The notes under the pieces: model-generated
What the model saw: only the letters and a program-made list of their open reading frames with translations
Told to the model about the DNA's origin: nothing
The model's database searches: none
Part shown: positions 1 to 12,940 of the stretch, piece by piece
Layout: each line of letters opens with the position of its first letter
Position numbering within the stretch: the stretch's first letter is position 1
DNA from: Chlorokybus atmophyticus
Lineage: Eukaryota > Plantae > Mesostigma and Chlorokybus algae
NCBI GenBank assembly: GCA_009103225.1
Contig: RHPI01001517.1
Coordinates: forward strand, 198,505 to 262,504
DNA length: 64,000 nt
Direction of reading: 5' to 3'
Position numbers and translations under genes: made by a program

Positions 1-390
1 GCATTCCGAGGCGCTGCCAAGTGGTTAGGCGTCATTTGGTCAGCAATGTGCGTCTTCTGGAGCTTGCTCTACAGATATGCATAGCGCCGCGCATGTAATG
101 CAATGCTGGTGACGAGTTGGCATGACGTGGACTGTTGTGGCATGTTTCATTGACATAATGACGTCATTCTTTGTTAGATGCTTGCACACATTTCTCTGTG
201 TGCCAACGCTGCACTACAAGCACACAAGATGACAATGCTGCTGGTGGAACAGCAGCTGCGGTCACGTGCATACATGTAGCCTGTCGAACACTTGAAGAAC
301 GCATTGTGCTGTTAACCCCAAAACCAGCTAGTCTTAAGCCAACAGTATTGGTTGTACTGCTACTGTAGAGTACACATTGTAAAACATCAC

Positions 391-2608
391 ATGTCGCTCA
401 AATGCATGCATTGCAAGCAGCGGCAGTCAGTGGTTGCAAAGGGCCTTTGGAGGCCGAACAGAGGCAGAGCGTTGCCGCTGTTGTTGCGTTCTCCACACAC
501 AAGGACAGCAACTATGGCATGCATACCACCGCCTACAGGTACTGTGTGCAGAAGTTCAAGGTTTAAAATTAAAGTGTGCACACAAACAACCAGGGGAGCA
601 TGCTGCACACGTACACATGTGCCCCCCCTCCCCCCACCCCANNNNNNNNNNNNNNNNNNNNNNNNNNNNNNNNNNNNNCCCTCCCTCGAGCACACACATG
701 CGTGTGCACGCGCACGCGCGCACACGCATGCAATCACACTTGCTTGCATACACTCACCCACCTACACATGCACAAATGCAACACTGCACAATGAGACACA
801 ACTCTTCATCGCATTGCATTGCGTTGCAGGCGGAGCTGCTCCTCCATCAATCGTTGCGCCAATGATGGACCCAATGGCTCCGCCAGTGCCGGACCCGACC
901 ATGGTGAGGACACATTACCTAAATGTGTGTGTGCATGTGTGTGTGTGCTGTGTGTGCATATCTATACACCCAACATCTTCCAGATGGGTGCGGAGCCCCC
1001 TCCTGACTTAGCGCATCGGCTTCTGAGCGGCGTCGCCAGCTGGATGGACGAGCGCAGGCATACGCCTCTCATCTCAGGCTATCGCAACCTATTCCCAAAG
1101 CCCATTCGCAGGCAGGGAGTCGTGATGTTAGTGTGCATGTGTGATTCTAAATACTTCCTGGTTGGTGTATTGACACCCACATGTGCAGGTTGATGGATGA
1201 GTACGGTGTGTCGGATGGACGCATTGTCACGGAGATTACCTTGTTGCTTGGCGTTTATGTCGTGTGGTTTGTGGTGCCGAAGGTGCTAAGGCAAGGAAGC
1301 TACGATATGCAACTTGCGTGCACACGCGCACACACACGCATGCACGCGCACACATATAGACACGTGTGTACGCGTGCATGCACACATGTCCACATCCACG
1401 CACAAGCATGCACGTGCCCTTTGTTCAACATGCTTCTTATATCACAGGAGGTTGCACAAGTGGAAGAGCGCGTTGATTGAGGCCCGCATAGCCATGGACG
1501 CCAACAACGGCAACGCGGATAAGAGTGGTATTCAGGCGCCTTTCCCGTACGAGAACACCAAATGGTGGGCTGCGGACGCCCCGCTGCGCGTATTCGCCCT
1601 CGCCTTCTACCTCTCCCACATGTGCGTGTGTAGTTGGGGTGCAGTCGGGCACAAGCATACATGCACACGCACACACACATGCACGTGAACACATGCACAC
1701 ATGCACATGTGTGCAGGCGTGTTTGCATACACCAGCACACGCGCTCTTGGACACAAGTATGCACGCGCACATGCACGCGTATGTGCGTGTACATACTTGC
1801 TTACATGTGGGACGCGTGCACACATTCTCTGCGACACTCTCCCGCATGCACACGCACACCCACACATCTCTCACTTGGGTCATTTGCTTAGTGCGTACAC
1901 GGTGATCCCTCCGCTGCGGCTGGGCGTGACAACGTACAACATCGCGCAGTTCTTCCTGATGACGACCGTCTTCGCCGCCGCCTGGTTCGCGTTCCGCTGG
2001 ATGCGCGGCACGCTCGCCGCCCTTCGCGCGCGCGCACGCACCCAATCAAACGTACGTGCATGTGCGCGCTTACCGGCCAATACTCGGTGTACTCGTGTGT
2101 ACTTGTGCGTATGTACTCTTAGGGGCGCGTGCGTGCGTGTATGTCTGGGTGCGTACAGCACACGCACACGTTCGCGCGTGTGCGCACACACCCGCACACA
2201 AGCCCGCAGACACGCTTGCACACGCACGCACGCACATACACGCACCCGACTCCATACGCGCCTCCGTATGTGCATGCGGTTGCATGTTGCCACTGACGTC
2301 ATCGCGTGTGCGCCTGATCTTACCTGTTGCTTCTCATACCTTCCCACATACAGGCCAACGAGTACCTCGACCAGTACGACTCCCTGGAGGGCGTGGGCAC
2401 GCTCGGCATCGCGGTGGTGGCCCTCGTGGCTGCGGGGGAAGTGACGGGCGCGGCGGTCACGTCGCTACTCGCACTCGGAGGCGTCGGGAGTAAGGACACA
2501 CCGTGTAGACTGGAACCGCTCCTTTTCATATCGGCTCAGCTGTTTAGAGATTCAGTCGTCCATGACTAACAAGTCTATTCGTTCAGTTTGTTGGTTGTCA
2601 AGTTGTCA

Positions 2609-2640
<32 letters not shown>

Positions 2641-3855
2641 GGCAGGCACGCATGCGCATATGCACGTGCAAGCACAAGCACACGCGCCCCAGACACACAC
2701 GCACGCAGGCACACACGCTGAGACACTCACACTGCTCTCCTCTCAGGTGTGGCTGTGGGGTTCGCTGGTCAGCAAGTTATTGGCAACTTCCTGGCGGGAC
2801 TGATGATTAGGTTGACAAAGCCCTTTGTTCGCGGGGACCTCATTTCAGTGAGTGTGTGCTTTGCACTTCTAAATGACTGCTTTGAACACATATGTATAGA
2901 TATGTTGGTGTATGTCACAGTACACCTTGAGAGATAAGCCCACTGTCTCTCACAGTCTGGCGATGTGACGGGGTTTGTTGAGGAAATCGGTTTCCACTAC
3001 ACTCGCGTGCTCGGCACGAGCATGATTCCCCTCTACGCTCCCAACTCTTCCTTCGCCGGCACAACAGGTGCATACGCGTTCGCGTGTGCGTGTGTGCTCG
3101 TGTGCTCATGCTAATGTGCTTACTGAAGTTTGTGTTTGTTGTGTTTGGGTCATGACTAGTGTGCGGTTGTAATCTGTACTCATGTGCTGTGCTGCTGCAG
3201 TGCTAAACTTCACGCGCATGACATGTCGGGAGTTCAAAGGATCGGTAAGTCTTGTGACATGTACACACATATGCAAGCAAGCTCATGACTGATGCCAACA
3301 ACCATTTTTGCATGGCGTATTTAGTATTGAGTCCATTTGTTCTGCTTTTTATTCTTTTATGTGTTGTTACCGTGCTGGACAGTGTACTGTGAGGCTTGAA
3401 GATGCACCGAAAGTGCCACTTATAATCGGCGACATTCTACAATCATTCAAGGTATAGTGAATATCACAAACCCTTCCCCTCGAGCAACAGAAAGATAGTG
3501 TTGATCTGTTGGTTGTATGTTGCATGTAACGTGCCACTGCATGACAGGATGAGCCCAAAGTGTGGTCCGTGTTGGGTCCACCGCGCTGTTGGGTGGAGAA
3601 GATAACGGCGGCGGGAATGACTCTCACAACCACATGCAACCTTGAGATCACCGTAAGTTGTTGTCATTCCTTCGCAATATGCAACCAACAGCAACCATGT
3701 GGTCAACACTTGAACCACAATCGGTCTCGCAGGATTATGACGAGTTCCTTGGGCGACACACAAAATATATGCTCGCAATTGCCAACGCGCTCATCAACAA
3801 CGGTGCGAAGCTGGAGGACCCCTTGCATGAGATGATGCACAATGCACATCATTGA
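391..3855 (+). CDS. MscS-family mechanosensitive ion channel (MSL-like), multi-exon, probably organelle-targeted
   Basis: Spliced exons give LLALGGVG|GVAVGFAGQQVIGNFLAGLMIRLTKPFVRGDLIS|SGDVTGFVEEIGFHYTRV...PNSSF|VLNFTR. This is the MscS TM3/beta-domain signature. Exons are mostly GT-AG flanked; stop TGA at 3853-3855. The start at 391 (transit-peptide-like) is tentative. Confidence 0.9.
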
Positions 3856-4762
3856 GCAAAGGATGAGCTCAGCAAGCTTGTCAAAGACGCCAACTGTAGA
3901 GGGGTGCATAGGTTATGTGTATCTTACGTATGCATGGCTGCCATGTGTACGATTGCACAGACAACATGCTCTAGTGTAGGACTGCAGTTATGGACGATTG
4001 AACCATAGCTTCATTCTTTTCTCATTGTTGATACAATTGTATCCGTTTAGTGTTGTTGCCTTGCCTGCGCTGCATCGCGTTGCAATAATTCATGTGAGAA
4101 ATTGCCATGACTTATTCCCATCCCAGCATCTGCGCAGTGCCAATTTGTGACGCAAGGGTTTGCATACTCATAGATATTGGCTGGCTCTATGTGTGCATTT
4201 ATCTAATAAGCTGTACCACGCATGGTTGTGTAACTGGCAAGTGCGCATTGTCATGTACTTGTAGTTGCAAGCCGAGATAAAAGGCCGCACGTTGGACCGC
4301 TCGTTATAACTCTGGTGTGATAGCTGAAAAGGCATATGGCGAAGAGCCGCACAAGACCATGCTGCCAATTGTTGCGTGCACGACTGTGTAGCTGGTCAAT
4401 TGGTACTGCTGTCCCGTCATATTGTGCACGTGGATTGTGCTGTCACACACCACCAAACACAGCTAGCTTAATATGGCTGCATCAATGTGCCTGGCAGCAA
4501 TTTTGTAGTGAAGTGCATTACAGTGCTGGACAACAATGCAGTGCTAGACAATTGATATCCTCAGGGGAATTGATATCCTCAGGGTTCATTGGAGGACTGA
4601 GGCGTGACATCCTTGTCAAAGTGCCACATCACTTATCTACCAACGCACGGCAAAGTGTGCCACACGTTGTGTCCGTGAGGGTGAACGGCTGTGCATTCCA
4701 TATAAAAAGCGGCATGTTGTTGATACTTCAGCGCAGCTGCTCACCCTCAGTGCAAACTTCAA

Positions 4763-7477
4763 TTAAGGTGTGTCTATGAGTTCCTCGCGATGTCGGTGTC
4801 CAAGAGCGTGTGCGCCAACTTCAGAAACTCTTCTGACCTTAGTGTCGCGTCATGCGCCAACTGGTCGTGCTCCTTGATTTTGCTAAACAACCCACCCTGC
4901 ACGTGTAGCAGTGTTACAATACGATACTAGGCTCATGCTAATGTGCCTTTAACGCGAAGAACACCTACATGCGCACGCACGCTCACAAGCGTGCGCACGC
5001 ACACATGCACATACAGTGATATAACCGTGCTCCAATACATGTGCTCCAAGCACTTGCAGTGACTCACCTTGGCATGAAGCTCCTGGTCCTTTGATATGAA
5101 GTGCGACACTTCCTCCTGTAGCTCATGGATGACGTTAAGCTCAGGATCTTTTAAGTCTACTGGCTTGGAGTCCTGATGGTGTGCAAAAGTAAGCCGTTGC
5201 TCTACACCCGTGAGCACAATACCAGGCGCAAAGCATCCTCACCTCCTTTGTTTCATGGACATGCGCTGCATGCTCCTTGAAAAACTCCTGCTCTTTGTGA
5301 AGTTCAGCTTGCACATCGTGCAGAAGCTTCGCTGCATGCGCCTCCTCCTGCTCGCGCTTCTTCTCGGCCTCCTTCAACTCGTCCACGCTTTTGTTGGCCT
5401 CCTCTGTGTTAGCCAAACAGGCCTGCAACTCCTGTAAACATCAACAATGGTGTTGACATACACACAACTTCCCATTCTTGCAGTGTGACTATGTGATAAC
5501 CATGTTAAGCAGCCCGCTGTTTCCGCACCTGTAGTGTTTTTTCTAGTTGCGAGTTGAGCTCGAGCTTGGTGTCGTGCAGCTCTGTTTTTAAGTCTTCCGC
5601 TTCCTTTTGTTTGCTCCTAACCTGCATGCAAATGCAACGTTATCAGCCAAATATAGCCGTGCGAGCGGCGCGCACTTGCAGCAACTCAGCACATACATCC
5701 TGTTCGCACTGATGCCAAGCATGGAACGTCTCATTGTGGTTGGATATAGTCAGCTCCAGCTTCTGCTTGATCACAGACAGCATCTCCTCCCTTTCTTGCA
5801 GTGCACGCTGCATTACATTGCAAGACAGATGAGCCCATGGTGGTGTACAGCAAGTAAGGCAGCCATGCACGCACACAAGCTCAACAACATTGCATGTGCG
5901 TACGTTCTCATTGTATCGTGAAGCGTAACATACACGAAGTTGAGGGTCAAGTTGAAACGAAAAGAACACTAAGGTAGTAACGTGTCATCACGATGGTACT
6001 GTTGCTACTTGTCAAGGCAAAAACCTACTGCTAGGTGGTTGTGAGGTTGTGGAGGTACAGCGACAGTTCAATGATGACAGCAACAACCACTGCTCACCAT
6101 GCTGGCTTCCAGATCTTCCTGGCGTGCGTGCAAAGCTGTTGCCACCTCCTCGAGATTGTTCTGCAGCTGTCGAGCCTTGGCATCTAGAGCATGCGCCTCG
6201 CGATCCTTGCTCGCAGCATCCCTCATGTAGTTGGCGTACCTGTGCACAGCGATGCCATCAACATTGTATACAAGCTCTGTCTGCTAAGAGTGTCCATACT
6301 CTTATACACAATCACACTGGCATCTGTACTTGGTCTGTTCTCGTGATAGCAGCGTCTGCCGGGTGCCAGATTCTTCAGTCGCGTGCCTCAGCTTTGCTTC
6401 TGCTTCCTGTGCAGCATAACGCATGGGATAATTTGCAAAACACATTGGAGTAAACTCGCAAGCCAATCATCTGTGTGCACGCAACACTATTCTGTGCACA
6501 TATTGTAGCTAGTACAGCTGAAGCTCATGCAAGCTGTGAGTATCGACACAGTTGATTGACTTTGAAGTTGCGCATGCAAGTGCCTTGATTACTAGATAAG
6601 TGCAAGCAAGCATGTAAGCAATCATCCATCTTGCATGCAGCTGTCAACGCTGCTTGGCATGGCCACTATCTTTGCACCAGCAGTAATACGTCAAAAATGC
6701 AACCTACCACAAGCTCCGCTGCCAGCAAGCTCTCCTTCTCCTGGGACACACACAACACATCGTTTCAGAACACGATCAACGCTCCATTGTCCTGACAAAC
6801 CTGCAGCGCACCTGCCACGTGGTCGCTTGCTGCCTGAAGTACAACGTCAGCACACTCGTGCCGATCAACCCGAGGACCAGCAAAGCAAACACTGTCATGG
6901 GAATACCACCTGGTCTCCGCCTGCATACATGAGTCAACTCACTGTCCTCACTCATCACAGTTGCGACTAATGCAAACAACAAGCCTACAAGTCTCAAGGT
7001 TGAATTGCATGCAGGGCCAAGTTATCGTTCATTGACAGCTGGAACTTCAATGTAGATCTGCACCGTTTGGCAACTCTCGACAAACTACATTGCTCGTTGC
7101 TTCTCACTCATGCGCAGCATGTAAAGACGGTGCAACATCACGCCTGGCCTTGGCGTGCTGTGGCAATGGTACATTGACACAATCATAATGAGTTGTCGCA
7201 CAGCTTCATACGAATGGCAAACTATCGCCAAATGCGTAGTCGTGCATTGACACAGACCAGCTGTGGTTTCACTGGATAACAGACTTGAAGCTGCTGCATT
7301 GCATTAGAACCGTCAAACACGCAGGGAACGATATATATATACAGGCAAGCATACGCACCTGCGCTTGTCGTGGGAATCATAGCTCGAGTAAGGCAGCGCA
7401 AAATCGTTATCTCTATGAGGGTAATAAGCCTCCGTCGGCGACGTCGCCACACTCCTCGGCCTCATGTTCTGGTACAT
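4763..7477 (-). CDS. Type II membrane protein with long luminal coiled coil, unknown family
   Basis: Exon 1 is MYQNMRPRSVATSPTEAYY...HDKR| (ATG at 7477). Exon 2 is RRPGGIPMTVFALLVLGLIGTSVLTLYFRQQATTWQ (single TM). Later exons are E/K/Q-rich heptads (e.g. LANTEEANKSVDELKEAEKKREQEE); the last exon is VRRVSEVGAH...DTP*. Confidence 0.7.
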
Positions 7478-8162
7478 CCTGCTGCCTTGCTCAACGCAAC
7501 AACCAGCGCCCTCACTCCTTCACCCCGCCGCCGCCGCCTCCTCCCACATGACCTCCTCTCCTTCCTCCGCACAGCCCAAACAGCACAACTTCCACCCCGA
7601 CTGTGCCTGGCCTGGCCTGCTCCTCGGCCTGGTCAGGCCAGAAGGCTGTTGCTTTTGCCGCGGCAGTAACGTGTCAATAGTATGCACTGACTTTCACCTT
7701 AGCTCAGATTTGTAACTGTCGTGGTTAATCAACGCAGTCAGTCTTCTCCTATTCGAGACCTAGCCGTTGTGGTAAACAGGAAGCTAAAAGCTTCCATCAA
7801 TTTGAAAGGGGTCAATATTTGGAAGTTATGCTTTTGCGGTAACACACGTCTGCGAGCTGTCGACGTGTACCACCGCAACATCCAATTGGGGCTTACCATC
7901 TGGACTACACCCAGAAAGCTAAACACAGCACAACCTCACAACTTAAACGGATTCCCGCCTCAAGTGCTAGATTGAGGAAAAAAGCAGATAACATGGGTTT
8001 AGCGCTTGGGTTTTGTCAGATTGCCCAGAGTCATTGCTTGATTAATGGTAGCAATGACAAGTAAAGAGGTGTATTTAAACGTGTTCACCACATTTGGTCA
8101 CCAGTCAAGCGTTTTCTGTGTTTGTTTCAGAGTTGCAAGCCACGCTTACAGGTGTGAGATAT

Positions 8163-8606
8163 ATGTTTATGCTTGACAACATGCATGTTCTATGCATATG
8201 CCTAAATGCAATTGCATGTTGCGTAACCTAAACGCCTGCAGCCTTGGCCTTGCCTTGCTGTCCGTTGCAGGGGTACAAGTGCGTCACTGGCGGATGTGGA
8301 GGCGGGGCTGTAGAGCACTGTCCGGTCTACATCCGCACTGCTCACACCCATCAACGCACCTGCCAGCTCTCACGACCACCTGTGCCTCTTCCCTTCCCTC
8401 CTTGCGCACTCCCTGCTTGCCCCAGATATATTTGGGAGCTGGCGCCAGCTGTCGACAACCACGTTCACCTTGCATAGCACATAGCATATAGCATAGCCCC
8501 GCCCCTGGCCTATTCTAGCCGTTAACTTGTGTCTAATGTGTTAGGTTGGTGTTGGCTTGTTAAGGCTGTGCTTGCTCAGAACTTTTCATTTATATATCCT
8601 ATACAT
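8163..8606 (+). repeat. 5' pseudo-LTR (direct repeat) of the Penelope-like element
   Basis: Aligns by eye to 12192-12646 (ATGCTTGACAACATGCATG...CTCAGAACTTTTCATTT) with scattered substitutions. Confidence 0.9.
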
Positions 8607-11377
8607 ACTGCCCCAAATTCTGGTTGAGTAAGAGCGAGCACAGCGGCTCAACTCCCATCGCCGGGTGCCCGCCTCAAATGCATGCATTTGGGGCGCCGTT
8701 CTTATTTTGTTTGTTAACTGCTTCAAGCACAGGTTGTTGATGCCGTAGTTGCTGTTTATTTTGTATAGTTGTTGCTGGTTGAGCTGTTGCGGATTGATAT
8801 CTTGCCGTGTTGCTTTGGGGCTGGTAGTTTACTTGCATTAGCTGCACATGGCGGAGGCGTAAACTTCTGCAGCAGCCGATGCAGCTCCACTAACTTACTG
8901 GAAGGAGGTTGAACGACATGTGCTAAAGGCACATTACCAGCTACCTCTACCAGTGCACAGCAAATCAAGAAGAAACGTGGTTCTGTGCTTGGTTTGACTG
9001 AAACTCTAAGTCCCGCTGCTTGTGACCATGTCATCTACTGTATGTATTTGTTGAACGACAGCAAGAAATACTATGTTGGTCTCACAAAGTTTTCAGCTTA
9101 TGAACGTTTCAAACAGCACGCACACGCGGGCACAAATTAGCGTCCAACACATGTAATACTTATGATGCAAAAAACAGGTGTGTTAGCTTGGGGAGTTGCA
9201 TCGCCGGAGCTGGTGTCGTACGTGCCTTTTGCGGACAACCCAGCTGGTGATGAAGCATGGCACGACCTGGCAAGAGTGCGTGGACGCAAATGGATTCAAG
9301 TTTTGCAATTACAGCATCCACAAGGCTACAATCATAAGCATGGTGGTGTCAAACGTGCACGCAACTCTTTTCACCGTGCACGCATGGCTGTGCGTGAGCG
9401 TGCAGTGAGTTTACGTCCAGCACGTCCAAATTCTCTCACTGTACAGCTTGCTTTTGCACCATCATACATGCATCGTACCTTTGCTTATCGCAATTACAAT
9501 AGACGTTTGCCTTACTTGCAGAAACTCATGCTTGACAGGCAATTTTGTTATTACATGCTCCGCAAGTACAAGCTGCGCACTCTCAACTGCATGCTAACAG
9601 CTCTGAAACGCTCAGCCCCCACAGATGTCGGTATCTTGCTAAGGTGTCATGAGGCTGTGATGGGCGTACTCAAGCGCGCTGTGACAAACCATCCCTGTAT
9701 TATGACACAACCAACTGGCAAACGCATGATGATTACATGTCGTTTTTAAGTCCTGTTGCTGATATGCTTAACCTCCAGCAAATTTTGACAGCCCCACAGG
9801 TGCATGCTGTAATACCACCACAACTGCACCGCTCTTGGACAAAACCTCTGTTGGTGTGGAAATACAACAAGACTTTGGGACGAGCTTTCATCAACCGTAC
9901 ATCCTTAATCACTACTTACACGGCGGAGGAGCGATTGCAGATGCTTCACAGCCAGTATGACTGCTCCGCACAACCACTGGTGCCATTTTTGCATGCTGGC
10001 TTGCAGCATGTATTGACTTGTAATCCTGCTATTGCTGATGCATTGCCGCTGTAGGAATTGTTGAAGCGTGGGGTAAAATGCAGACCTTTTGCTATCGCTA
10101 CAGCTGAGCAATGTCTCGTAGCTTTGCGTGCCGGGGTTAGCAACTACGCAACAGCCATTGAAGAAGCCAAACAGCAGCCAGATTTGCTGCAGCACTGGGT
10201 GAACGTGGTCAGTCGTTTATTGGCTGAGCAAGTGCATGCACTCTATGTGCAGCCACACCAGCAGCTTGAGATTGCTAATGCTGATCATGCCGTTATCAAG
10301 TACTTGCGGCTACGCCTGGTGGTGACACAGGTTGATAAAGCCGCAAATGTCTTTTCTTTTGTCTGCAAGTACTACTACTTGCAGGTTTGCACAATGAGCT
10401 AGCTTCACCAACGTTCTTGTTGGTGGATGACACTGTGGACTAGGTTGTGGGTAGGCACCGTGTTTTTCTGACTATGCATGGCTACTCCCTGGTGAACAGA
10501 GGCCAGCAAACTACCATACCTTTATATGACTTTGAAGGTCTACAAGAACCCGCCCAAGCTGCGATTTATTGCTGCAGCTTCTGATACAACTCTTTTCGAT
10601 GTGTCAACTTGGTTGACGCGGGAGTATAAATTCACTGGGCCTGTCACTGACCAGCTTTGGGAAATGTGCGTGCAAGATCCACTGGTGCGCACATCATGGG
10701 TATTGCAGGACTCCAAAAGCCTGCAGCAATGATTACTAGCCCTCGACACCACCCGTACAGCCCAAGACAAGCGTAAGCATGTACCTCTGGCTATCTATGA
10801 TTTTAGCACGCTTTACACCGCCATTCACCATGACGTGTTGCGGCAGCACATGCGTGCGGTAGTTGATGCTGCTTTTGCACACATGCATGCAACCACACGG
10901 GTTACTACAGTGCATGTGTCGGTGTTGAATGGGCAGGTAACCCATAGGTGGGCCGTGGGTGCTGTGGTGACATCAAAGGGTCAAACCAAAGTGTTCACGT
11001 CACACACTTTGCATGTGCTGCTGGCTTTTGTGCTGGATAACTTGTTTGTGCGCAATGCTGCAGACAGATTGCACATGCAGGTGATTGGCATTCCCATGGG
11101 CAATGCAGCTGGTGTTTGATCTCGCCAACAACCTGTTGGGCTACTTAGAGTTGGACTGGGTCCGCCTTCTTAAACCCTTGGTGCGCAGACCGGTATTCTT
11201 GCAGTATGTGACACGCATTGTACGCTATGTGGATGATTTGTTGGTGGCATTAGCGGACTTTGACACTGTCGTGTATCTTAGTAGACACTGCTTTGGCGGG
11301 TGGGATATACCCACAGGGTACAGAGGTTGCGTACTTGGATGTGCATATCTTTCAAACACCTAATGTGGGCGTGTGTA

Positions 11378-11818
11378 CAGTCTACCCCCGTTAAAAGACT
11401 TCGCTTTAAGGGAATAACCCCGTTAACATCATCGTTTTGCAAAAGACCGATCGTTTTACAGGCAAATATCTTCGGTTAGTGGAATAGTCTTGTACGTAAT
11501 AAGACTAATGAGAAGGCTTGAAATTGTAAGTGGGGTCAGTCTTATAATGGGGGAATACTTTGTTAACAGCATAACTATTTCGCTGATATTAGAATAAACA
11601 ACACCTTCAACAATACATGCCATGTATGATATTATATAATATATACAAAAAAATATAAATTTTATTTTTGCACGTTAGCATATAATGACGTGGTTTAAGG
11701 TTATCAGTCAATACCCCCATTAACAGAATATATATTCTTATCAACGCCAAGAGAATAACCCCGTTAGTGGAATGAAAAGCTGAAGGATAAACGTGATTCT
11801 TGTAACGGGGGTAGACTG
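11378..11818. mobile_element. MITE, Tc1/mariner-pogo type, inserted in the RT thumb region
   Basis: TIR CAGTCTACCCCCGTTA (11378-11393) / TAACGGGGGTAGACTG (11803-11818). TA duplication at 11376-77 and 11819-20. Interior is AT-rich and noncoding. Excision restores the RT frame V-C-T-R-I-Y-S-K. Confidence 0.92.
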
Positions 11819-12191
11819 TACCAGGATCTATAGCAAGCTGAGAGAACCACGGTTCGCTGGCATTCCTGCGAGCACCGCGCCCAGATTCCAACATTGCACG
11901 CAATGCAAAGATGAATGTGGTAGTGTCACAATGCTTCAGGTTCATGCGCTTGTCCACATATCATGGTCATTTTGTGTAGGAGATGCACCGGCTCCTGCAG
12001 GACATGACCAACATGGGCTACAACAGACGACGCCTCATCTTCAAGCTGCGAGCGGTGATGTAGAACAAACCAATTCACATGTTTGATTGCACCTACAGAC
12101 ACTTGTTCACGTTGCTCGTGGCTGACCCTGCTGGGAGGTGAGGTAAGTGTCTGAGTTGCTAGCGGGGAGCATGAAGTACTATGCCCGCTAC

Positions 12192-12646
12192 ATGTTCATG
12201 CTTGACAACATGCATGTCCTATGCCTATGCTTATATGCAATTGCATGTTGCGTAACCCTAATAATCGCCTGCAGCTTTTGGCCTTGCATTGCTATCCGTT
12301 GCAGGGGTACAAGTGCGTCACTAGTGGCTGTGGAGGCGGGGCTGTAGAGAACTGTCCAGTCTACATCCGCAATGCTCACGTCCATTAACGCACCTGCCAG
12401 CTTTCATGACCACCTGTGCCTCTTCCCTTCCCTCCTTGTGCACTCCTTGCTTGCCCCTGGTATATTTAGGAGCTGGCGCCAGCTGTCAACAACCACGTTC
12501 ACCTTGCATAGCACATATAGCATAGCCCGGCCCCTGGCCTATTCTAGCCGTTAGCTTGTGGCTTGCTGTGTCTAATGTGTTAGGTTGGTGTTGGCTTGTT
12601 AAGGCTGTGCTTGCTCAGAACTTTTCATTTCTATACCCTATACATG
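12192..12646 (+). repeat. 3' pseudo-LTR (direct repeat) of the Penelope-like element
   Basis: Direct repeat of 8163-8606, directly downstream of the RT C-terminal region. Confidence 0.9.
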
Positions 12647-12940
12647 CATGGGGTATAAGTCAGATGCATGTCTGCTGGTGTGTGTGCATGCATGGCCATG
12701 TGCTGGAGTGAGTTAACATGGTTTTGAGCTGTTAGGTGCTGGAGTTGTGCTTTACCCAACTGTACATGCGCATGCATGCACTCATCTGCATGCGCATGCA
12801 GATGCATGCGTGCTTGGTGTGCGCGCATGTGACTGCATGTACACATTACCTCTTGCTGGTCGTTGCATGCAATTGACCTTCTTGCATGTTTTGCAGATTG
12901 GTGCAAACCACTCAGCTCTTTCACACCTCTTCAGCTCAAT

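Larger units (their letters stand above)
8163..12646 (+). mobile_element. Degenerate Penelope-like retroelement with N-terminal GIY-YIG endonuclease (Chlamys/Naiad-type architecture)
   Basis: GIY-YIG motif VIYCMYLLNDSKKYYVGLTK...ERFKQH at ~9030-9120. It is followed by RT motifs LKVYKNPPKLRFIA (~10530), YDFSTLYTAI (~10795), IGIPMG (~11085), RYVDD (~11222) and YLDVHIF...VCTRIYSK (across the MITE). The ORF has many stops and frameshifts. Bounded by ~450-bp direct repeats. Confidence 0.85.

Noticed and set aside
600-2750. Many long ORFs rich in H/T/A/R/C/V
   Set aside because: Artefacts of CA/TG-repeat-rich introns; the same pattern occurs at 30550-30780, 31900-31990 and 43130-43400.
8163-12646. 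LTR retrotransposon interpretation of the direct repeats
   Set aside because: No TG...CA ends, PBS, gag or integrase; the RT and GIY-YIG motifs are Penelope-like.
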